Below, piece after piece: positions 49,159 to 59,131 of a DNA stretch of 64,000 nucleotides. The stretch's first letter is position 1. Each line of letters begins with the position of its first letter. Origin of the DNA: Raillietiella orientalis (lineage: Eukaryota); NCBI GenBank assembly GCA_036172245.1, contig JAYWIR010000003.1:4650001-4714000 (forward strand). Reading direction: 5' to 3'. The position numbers and the translations under genes are program-made. The notes below the pieces were generated by a model that made no database searches, was not told the DNA's origin, and worked only from the letters and a program-made list of their open reading frames with translations.

Positions 49159-52100
49159 GGACGAAACCCACACGGACACACAAACGGACAGCCACAGACC
49201 GAGGCCGGGAAAGCCAATAATCAGTTTGAACTTTCCTTTTTTGGCACGTTGCCAGCAAGAGAGATTTCGACAAGGCATCGACGCCCGGGTTATTTATACC
49301 CGTGGGAAGGGGGCGGGAGGGGGTGAGGTTGGGAAAAGTGGTGTTGCCGCAATTGTTTGGGGGGGCGAGGTGTGTGGCGAACGGGGACGACGCCGGTCAA
49401 CCGACAGGCTGCTGGAACATGCTCCGAAAAAGCGCGTCCCTGCTCTCCCCTCGACGGCGTGACGGTGGTGGTGGTGGTGGGAGGAGGAAAGGGGGAGGGC
49501 GTTGTTTTTCCCCCCTCCGCTCCCCGTGTCGTGCGCTCGCGGTTCTCATGAGCCCGTGCGCTGCTCCTGGGATTCTATTTGTTTGTTCCCCTTCCGTGCT
49601 CACGTGGACCTTGCTCGTCGACGTCAGGGATGATTGACTGTTGCTCCGTCCATCCGTCGCTGCTTTGTGCGAACCGGGCTCCACCGAGAGAACTTCATTT
49701 CCCAGGGAAACGGCTCCGTCTCGAGCGGGCGGGGGTCGCCGGGCCGCATGCATAATTAACCCCGCAGGCGAGCTTACCTGAGAGGGGAGAGGGTGGGTTG
49801 CCGAGCTTCGGGTCGCTACGCCTTCCCGAAAGCGCGCGGCCGCATCGCTCCCCGTCCTGGCGTGGCGCTGGCTCTGTTCCGCCCTCCGGGCGCCTCCGGC
49901 GCACTGTCGCGAGCGTGCCGGCTTTCGCGCGCCGGCGATGGCACGTGAGCGACGGTCACGTGACCGACACCGCGCCACCCGACGGCCCCACCTAGTTCTT
50001 CCCCGCCTGCCTGCCTCCGCGCTTTTCGGGGGCCAGCTGCCTGCAGCTCGTTCACGCGCGGGGAGGAAGCGGAAGCGGGAACGACGGGGGAGCGGTGGTG
50101 GGACATCCCCTGTTCCCTTTGGATTCGAGCGCATCCCTGACGTGCGTCGTCCGGGTTCCCGGAACCGCGATTCCAGTCGGCGGGATCATCTCCACCCGAT
50201 GATGCGAAAGATGTGCAGCCGGTTGATCCGAGGAAAGGAGGCGGGGAGAGGGGGAAGCTCCTGGGGGAAGGGGATTCCGGGGAAGGAAGGAGACTCCGTC
50301 TTCGCCGCAGATCCCATCCATCCGGTGGTGCGCGCCCTCTGGGCGCTTGGGGCGGCGTTTCCTCTTTTCTTTCTTTCTCCGCTGTCCCGCTGCCTCCTTC
50401 TCGCTCCTGTCTTCCGTCCCGCCAAGCGGGGAAACTTCCTCCCCGATGCTGCAGAAGCTGGAATTTCTCAAGCGATCCGGCGAATCTCGCGCGAGTGGAA
50501 ACGCGGCGCCCTGTCGATTCGATTCCCCTTCCCCCTTCCTCCCCCTCCTCCCTGCCTCCTCGCGGAGCCGCCGTCGCCCGAAGTGAAGGCGGCAGCCGAC
50601 GGCCACAGCCCCCAGGCGGTCCCGTCTGGTGGTGGCGGTGGTGGCGAGAGAAGACCGGCCACGCCCACGAGATGAAGACCTGAAAAGCGCTTGCCGGTGC
50701 GCGGCCGCTGCCGCGCGCGCTCCGTGCGGAGAGATTCGTCTCCACTCCCGCCAAGGGCGGCCGGCCATTCGTCGGCGCCCCTTCGCCCTCGGCCCCCGCC
50801 GAAAGCTGCGAGAGAATTGACCTTCGCGAGCGTGCGCGGAAGGGCGGGGGAGGGGTCCGAGCGCGAGCAGCAGGGAGGCCTTGGCCTCGCCGCTAGAGCC
50901 CACCTCGAATGAGCAGCGGTCCGAATTCGCCTTCGCTGCCGCTGCATCCGATGTGGCGCCCTCCTCGCGCAGGGGTCTCGCCGGGCGACAGCCCGCGGTT
51001 CCTTTTCGCACCCTCACTTAGAGGAGTGCCGCTTAGCGGGATCGTGGCTCAGCACGTGGGGGAAGGCGCGGCGAGAGGGAAAACAGGATCCCTCCTCGGA
51101 AGCCAGGCGGAGGAGGAAAATCCATCTCCATCTTCCTTAGCATGAGGATGCTTGGTCCTGCATCCCTTCTCGCGCCGCCGCCGCTGGACGATAGGGGTGT
51201 CCCGCGGTGAACTGTGCCAGGTCCGGGGGAGTAGTAGAAAAGGGAAAGGGGGGGGGGGAGGAAAGAAGAGAGCGACGATGTCCCGTAGGAACCGGTGCAC
51301 AACCCATTCCTCGTATCTGCAGTAGGACGGGTCGCCGTGTGCACGTTACCCGGGAGACAAGAGACACCCGGCGGGACAGGGAACAGTGGCACGACGACAA
51401 CGATGCCCCGCAGGCCGCGAGCAAGCGAAGAAGGCGACGAATCTTCGTCTGGTCACGCCCGGGAGGTGTGATGAAAAAATAAAATAAAACAAACAAACAT
51501 CCAGCGATGGTGGGGCAGTGCGTCCCACCGAGTCCAGCAGTTCCTGGGGGTGCTGGCGAGGTCCTCAACGGGAACGGAGGGGAATCAGGAAAAAAAGAGA
51601 AAAGAAAGATACACGAAAAACAGAAAAGGGGATTGCTGATGTGGAAAGGAGGAGGACAAGCAAAGGAATCTCTGTCCGTGCCGCCGTCGGGCCCTCCGCA
51701 CCCTATGCAGGATGCCAGCAGCCTCTTGTCTTCGGGGAGGGGAAGTCGTCCTCGCGCTGGACCGCAGTCCAAGTGCGGGCGAGTGGAATCCCTTCCGCAC
51801 CTGTTGGCGCACTGTATTGCACTCCGGGAATTATGGGAACGTTTCCTCGCGACCCGCCCATCCCAGTGCACAGAGGAGTCCTCCGTTGGAGGGCCGTAGC
51901 CCACCAGCTAACCGGCAAGCTCGGGGAGATTTCCCGCTGAATTCCGGTCCGTGGGGAAACCCCCCTCCCCCCCATTCGGCGCTGTTGGACTGCGCGCCGG
52001 TTCGCCGCCGACACGGCGACAACGGAAGACCCTCCGAACGGACATCTTCGCCTGGCGGAGCTCTTCAGCGTCCGGGAGGAGCGTCCAGTGATGACGGGAA

Positions 52101-53386
52101 GTTCCCTCCCTCCTCCCAAACGGGAGCATTCGGCGCATCTGGTGCTCCACTGGGGACTCTTGTGCAATGGGCAGATCGGCGCGATTTTTTTTCCGCCCCT
52201 TCAGCAGATATCGAATCTGAGACGGGGAAGAAAAATGCTGGCGCACTGCGATGCTGAGATTTGTCCCCCTCCCACCCCGAGCCTCCCATCCATCCTCTTA
52301 TTAAAAAAAGAAAAGAAAAGAAAAGCAAACAGGCCACATGGATCGGCAAGTCCACTTGCCTTTGAGAAATTCGGAAGAGGGAAAAGAAGAAATGAAGACC
52401 AGCGATTCGCAGACCGTCTACCCAGCAGGGAAGGGAGGGCATAGGGGGAGGGAACAACAAATAGGTAAATAAATAAAGGGCAGGAACAGTGACTGCCGGT
52501 CACACGTCTTGTGTGACCTGCGTGCGATGCAGGCGACCTGCTTCCTCCTTGGTTGGCTCCGGCGCCCTTCGAAGACCACTTTGCCGCGTTCCCCATCACT
52601 GTGGGGCTGAGACGCGTAGTCCTCCACCTTCCCTGTTGCCACACTCCCTCCTGCGGGACACAGCGATCCTCCCCGACTCAGTGCAGGATAGAACGACCGG
52701 GGGAAACTCCGTCCCGCGTTAGGCGGCTCTCTCCCGGAGCCGCCTTCGGGCCGACAGGCCCTTCCGCACACGCCCCGAAGGTCACCGACGCATCCCATCA
52801 GCAGGCGAAGCGGAAGTTTCCGTTTCCACCCGCAACTGGTGCAGTTCCGGAAGACGACGACGACGACGCTGCCCCCTCCCAGGAAACTCCGGTGCGCAAA
52901 CAGCAAATCTCCTTCTTGTATCGCCGTCTGAGGGGGGAGCACTGAGCTGACCGGACGGAGGGAGTCGGACATTCCTCCGACGGCGGCTGCGGAATGTCCG
53001 GCTACTCTGTCCGACAAAGCGACGCTTTAGCGCGGGCGCAGGGTGGTGGCGTCGCCGGCCCTTCTTCCGCTCTCTTGGAAGTTTCTTCATCTTTCTCTTG
53101 AAGAGTCTCTCCGGACGGGGGGTGTCGCCTCGGGCTGTGCCAGTTGTGGGGGAGCGGAACCCTTCCCGAGCCTGCTAGTGCACTGCGTTGCCCTCCGGGC
53201 ATTGCAGAAATCGCTTCTCCACGGCTCTCCCCTTCCCAGTGGGCAACCCCAGTGGTCCTCTGAAGTCCCTCTTTGTGGGCAGCGTCGTCTGGCCTCTGCA
53301 ATCGCAGAGCTCTGCTACCTGCGCGCCGTCATCGCTGCGAGGTCGAGAGGGGGGGGGGGGACAGCGGCAGAAGAGGGCAAAGAGCT

Positions 53387-53621
53387 CACGTAGAATCGAT
53401 CGGGAAGACGCGCCGGAAGGACGGGCCCAGCCGGGCTGCTCTGGACGACGTCCCCGAAGGCCCTTCGTCGCCGCCTTCGCTCGCTCGCTCGCGCCTTTCC
53501 GATGCGCGAAGAGGCGAGCGCGTGACCTGGAGGCGCGGTGCCCTCGACGGAGGAGGACACGTCTTGCAGGGAGAAGAACCGGCTCTGCTGCTCTCCGGTA
53601 TGCTCTGGGCCAGGCGTTCAG
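53387..53621. repeat. Right arm of a long inverted repeat (pairs with 48371-48605)
   Basis: Direct base-by-base comparison with the left arm. Confidence 0.95.
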
Positions 53622-56600
53622 TGGCGGCAGCGGCCGCAGACGCGTTTCTGTCTGCGCCGCGGACCGGTTGGGGGCGTAGGCGGAACAACCCGTGGGGAGG
53701 AAGATGGAAGCGAGAGGATGGGCGCGCGCTGAGCGTGGATGGGAGGTCCCGTCCTTGAGAGCCTCCTTGACCCCCCTTCCCCCCCTTTTTTTGCACATTT
53801 CAGGGACCCTCTATCGGGGAGAGTGCGGGCGAACACCCCCCGGGTCCCCACGCGGCACAGCTTCCTCCTTCCGTGCGTGGAGGATGGTCCAGGGTCATCT
53901 GGAGGGGTCGGCCGGCCAGAGACGCGGATGCCTGGGGAAGAAGGCGGGGTAGCAGCCGTCCGATGTGCAGTCCTTTCCCTCCGGGCAGGGAGGGAGAGGG
54001 AGGTTTGTCCTCTCATCCCCTCCCCCTGCCTCCATCTTGCGGACGGTAAGGATGCGCTCGTGCGCGCGTCCGCCGTGTGGTTTCATCGTGGCTGCTCCTG
54101 CCGAGGGTCTCCTTGGAGAAGGGCGTTTCCCGGCGCTGAAGGAAAGGGGGGGTAGAATCTCGGAGGCTCTCGCCCGTTCGGTCTTTCTGCCTCCCCCCCC
54201 CCCCTCGTCCCTCTTTTCCTCACTCGTTCACCCCTTGTTGAGGAACTCCGACTTCAGAAAAACTGCAGTCAAACTTTCCGAGCTCCCCCTCACTCCGTCT
54301 TCTGGATGAGAGCTACCGGGTGAGGACCCCCAGGAAGGTGCTGGGGTCGGAGTGCTGGATGGGTGTCCAAATGAGGTCAGGGAGACCCGGACGGGGACTT
54401 GGTGCGGCGTCCCCATTCCTTCCTCCCCCCTTTCAGGTTTGCCGCCTTTTTCCGGAAACCTCACGGTCTCCGCGGTCGCGGTGGGAAAGGCTCAGGGGCG
54501 CACAAGCAGCCTGTGCTCCACCGGCGCTTCCCGGATTCTTCCCGGAGGTTCCCCGGGATCCGGGAACCTCCAGCGGGCCGGTGGACTCCGTTGGTGTGGA
54601 CGCGAACGTCAGGAGGGTCTCCGCTGAGAGGCGGTGCTCCATATCCAGGTGAGCTCTCGCAGTCTGCCGGGAGCTGGGCTCCTTGGGGGCGAGCCCGACC
54701 CTGCGGTGCGCTCCGGAGGGAGAGTCTGGCCGCCTCAGCTGGCACTGCTTGCGAGCGGCGGCGGCGACAGAGAGATCTCCCCCCTCCGCGCTCGAGGGCG
54801 GGCGGCGTGCTTCCTCTCACGAGACCGCCCCCGCGCGGACCGCTTCCTGCTTCCAGCGCGGCTGCCGTGCAAGTACGGGTCAGGAAGCCGCCGAACCCCG
54901 CCTCCGGAAAATGGGACGCTCCCCTCCCCCTCCAATCCTGGTGCGTAGGTCGCCCCGAGTTCGGCAGGGTGGACCGCAGGCGATCGCAGCTTCGCCGCTT
55001 CTCCGTCGGGCGGCGGCAGGTTCGTTCGCCCGTTCCTGCAGGACGAATGCGAAAAAACGGAAGTGGAAGCAGCAGCTCGTGTTGGTGGGTGAGGTGTTCC
55101 AGGATACCCCTAGAGCTCCGGGGTCACCCGGAAGTCCTTTCCGGATTGCGCCGAACTGTCGAGGTATTTTCGTCCGTGGAAAGTTCGCGGCAGCAGGTGG
55201 TTCAGAGCGGTGGCCGCATGATGCTCTGCGGGATGTGAACGTCGAGGGCGGATGCCGCTTCCCGCGCCAGATCCGTTCGTCTGGCGCCCGCCCACTCCAT
55301 CCGGCAACGGGTTGGCGTGTCTCACGTCAACTTCCATCCTGCAGGGACGCCCTGTCTCTGCCTAATCTTGGAGACAGACAAGCCGCGGAGGCATTACGTG
55401 GTTACGTCCTTTTTGGAGTCGTCGTGCTCTCGTCCCAGAAGCTCGCATCCCGAGTTGGTGCTCTTTCATCTTCTCGCCTCCGCTGTACCTGACCGGACTG
55501 CCGCGTGGCCTACTTCCGGCTGCTCACACGTGATCGGAAGGATCACTCATCCCTGGGATGCGTCCAGAATCACAGAGACGCTCGCCTCCTCTGGTCGCTT
55601 TCTCACTAATGCCCTTGCAGTGAGAATTTTCTCGAGACCACCTCGCGGCGATCTCGCAGGGGGCCAGGATACCTGTCTGCAGACTCAGAAGCATCATCAC
55701 TCCATTCTGTCCTGGGCTAGGATGCACTGGCCGCTGTCACTAAGGAGACGTGCTGGCAGGAAAAGAACTACTGGATAATCTGCACAGCTCCTCTTCCTCG
55801 CTCCCAGGGATTTCTCTGGGATGCTGAACTTGAAGGGTTCCCTCATTTTCTACATCCTCCTGAGTTATCTATCAATACTGGTAACACCACTTTTACTCCT
55901 CTAGTGTATCCTCAGCTGCGTGCGCACTAGGATAGGATTCGTAGTAGCTCGAGGCGATCATGCAGCAGAAGATTGAAAAACTTCAATATATACACACACA
56001 CATATATATTCTTTTCATGTACGCTAATCTATAGATCGCAGCATCGTTTTAGAGCTTAGGCTTTTGACTTTAAAGAGTTCGATTCATAATCCCTGCTTTT
56101 GTACTGCTAACGATTTCGTTTCGCATACTTCATGAATAGGGCAGAAAGGAAGGGGGGATCATCTGGGGAAAAAGGAAAGAAATCAAAATGGAAAAAAGAG
56201 AGCTGCGCACCGTACAGCACAGAGGTGGGCTGTCTGCGATGGATCCGTTAACTCGAATACCCAAGAGCCTTCTTGTTTCTCAGTGAGAAACCAATTCTGC
56301 GATCTTCCATCTTGTCCTCCGCTTCACTTGCAGTGGATGATGTAGCACCAGGGTTTCAAAACCCGTGAGTTTTTTAAAACTTTGATCGGGTTTGTGGTAC
56401 ATCATCTGTAATCTGAGTGAGACGTGCGTAAAAATACAGATTTGCGAAATCCTCCCAGACTCAGTAGGCTTGGAAAATCTGCAGGAGGACCATTTCCAGA
56501 AAGTGCGAAAAAAAGTCAGCCAACGCAGTTGAACCACTTTCTTCCTCGGTCCACTTTACCTCTTTGCCCGTGAGATGCAACGGGAGCCGAAATTCGGTCC

Positions 56601-58598
56601 CATCCTCCGATCGCCAAAACCACTCGTAGCACCTGTTCCGGAGAGGCAGAAGACAGCCGAAGACTTCCCTACCGCCGCAGAAAAGGGAATGAAAGAGTGG
56701 GGAAATCCAAACTCCGTCCGGGAGCATCACTTGGATCTGTGCTTTCGAAGAATTTCGTCTCTCGGCGGCGGCCTCGCGGGAAACAAACAAATGAGTTTCG
56801 AAACCGTGAAGGAACATTAAAAGAAAAGCAAAAAAAAAAATCAGTCAACATAAACATCATGTTTAATTTCATCAGGAAATCAACATCACTTTGGCTTCCG
56901 CTTCGAAACGAACGGAAGGAAAAAAAAAAGAAGCACTTTGCATTCTATTTGACTGTTTCATTTTAAACACGCAGATGACAAACGACTGCTATTAGAAATG
57001 ACTTGCAAAACGAATCCGATTCCAAAAAAAAAAAAAAAAAAAAAAGAGTCTTTAAGAAACGAGGAAAGGAAGGGGGAAAAAAAAAAACAAAGTGGGAAAA
57101 AATCCAAGCAAATTAGCGGTGGGTTTCCCCCTTCTGGTCGGGAAATGCAATTCGAGTGGGACATTATGCGAAGCTGTGATAGACGTAGGCCTGAACACAG
57201 TATGGAAAGTCTTCTTCCTCCCGGTTTCGACCATTCCCGCAGATCTCTGTTTCGGGATGAGGCGGACCTCTTTTCAGGTTCCCCGGTGAAACCGAACCTC
57301 TCTTCCATCCCGTACACATCCGTACACATCGTCTCTGCCAGGAAGGGGAAGAGCCGCGTTTGAAAATCCGCACATCGCCGGCCGCCGCTCAACTTTGAGT
57401 ACACTCCGGCGGGGAAGGGGGGGGGGAGGGGAGGAAGAAGCCTCAGGGAATGACTCCCCGAGTGTCGTGCGAACACGTTCGGGAACGGAGACCACGAAAG
57501 TCGGAGGCCGCTCTGCAGGTGGAACACCTCCGTTCGAACCGTGGTGCGCGCGCTGCACACCTTTTTTCGTACAACTTCGAAATGGACTGCACACGACGTG
57601 TGTTTCTTTCCTTCCCCCCCCCCCTCCTCCTCCTCCCCCTCCGCCGTCGCTCCGTTTTGTGAAATAAAATTTGCTTGTTCGTGTTTTCATTGTACCTCAT
57701 AAGAAAGCACGACCAAGAACTTCAGGTACAAACACGAGGACACGCTTACCAACGTTCGTACACTAAATGGCACTGGTTCGGCACGAGATTAACGAAACAC
57801 GGAAATCCAATGTACGTACGTGCATGCACACCGTCTGAAGACCACCCTGCAGCTACTTGCATTTTAAAGACGTGTTTGAAGCCATGGGTTTATTTTGAGA
57901 TTTTAATTATTGTTCTCAAGAAATATTTTGTGCATCGACTCGAATCCACCATTCGTCGTTTGTAGCGGTTTTTCTTTCTATTCTTATGCTTTTATGTGTG
58001 AATGCTGCATTAGAATAATGAAATTCGAAAATGGAAAAATATGTGCAATGTAATCAGGTTTGTAATTTACCATTAGTGCCTCCTTTTGCCCCAAATGTTG
58101 TGTAATGTGTGTGAATCGCATATGACTCCCCGTGTCTGTTTCAAATTAATAATAACTTGGAATAATGTAGTGAACATTTTCGATCCTTGTAATTATGGTG
58201 AGTGAATTTGGCCTAAGCTTTAATGTTCTGCCTCGAAATGCTGTGTGTAAATTTTCAGTAACACTCAAGTAAAACAAGTGTTTTGTTAATTTTTTTTTTT
58301 TTTTCTGTTTTCTTTAATGTGATTTAAAGCAGTTCTTGAGTCAAATTTCTTTACCTTCATTTCTAAAATGATATATATTCAGTAGATCTCATACTGTTAA
58401 AGTGATTATTCCTAATCATGAGGATGGAGAACTGATGTTTGAGATATAAGCACATGTGTCCTAGTGTGATAATATTGATATTGATACCAGCATTCAGGAT
58501 GTGCTAGTATTTTAAAGGTAATTTGGATGCCTTTGTATGCTATAAAGATTAGTCCTAAAACTTCTCTTTGTAAGTGTGTACTCCATACTTTTAGGAGT

Positions 58599-59131
58599 AT
58601 GGAAGCAAATTTATCATCAGATGAAATTCCTGTTGGTTCAGAATTAGTTTTATATAAAGTAAAACACTACTGGAATGCAGAATCTGATAATGAAATTTCA
58701 TTGGTGGTAGATGATGTGATTGAAGTAGTTAAGCCATTCAATTTTCCCTTGGAAGGAACAGAAAGAAATCCTCGAGGTTGGATGAGAGGTTATAATCAAC
58801 GATCTGGAGAGATGGGATTTTTCCCGGGTAAAGGAAAGACTTATAGTGTGCAAAAACTTTTTCCTTTTCCGTGTTTAGGCCCTTTTGTGGAATGGTTAGG
58901 ACACAGTAGCATTCCTGAATATGTAATTTTGGATCAGATAACACCAAAGGTCATGCCTACTCATCAGCCAAATGATTCAGGGTATATGAGCTCACCTAAA
59001 AGTAAGAACAAATAATATTAGTCTCCATGCATGGTTAATGCCCCTGTTAGATTCCTCCGGAGGATTTCGTCGTCCTTCTGCCCATCATTTACTTTCTACA
59101 TATTTCCTTACTCCTGTTCTATGCTGTCATT
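58599..59131 (+). CDS. PIK3R1: PI3K regulatory subunit, p85-type (SH3 domain plus start of a C1 domain), 5' exons only
   Basis: Exons 58599-58827, 58879-59001 and 59051-59131 with GT-AG introns of 51 and 49 nt. The SH3 has the long p85-type insertion: YKVKHYWNAESDNEISLVVDDVIEV...ERNPRGWMRGYNQRSGEMGFFPGPFVEWLG (compare p85 [25 protein letters not shown]). It is followed by HHLLSTYFLTPVLCCH, the start of a C1 domain. No further exon was recognised before 64000. Confidence 0.8.

Noticed and set aside
48369..53623. Inverted repeats as TIRs of a CACTA or other DNA transposon
   Set aside because: Only one end reads CACTG, there is no target-site duplication, and no transposase is present inside.
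36800..55500. Long ORFs of 200-460 aa (for example 40875-42206 +, 41043-42422 -, 46322-47290 +)
   Set aside because: They overlap in several frames on both strands, are low-complexity R/P/G/A/S, run through microsatellites and show no domain. This is expected at very high GC.
56281..56345. HLVLR peptide resembling the ubiquitin C-terminus
   Set aside because: Five-residue match with no RGG end and no rest of the fold.
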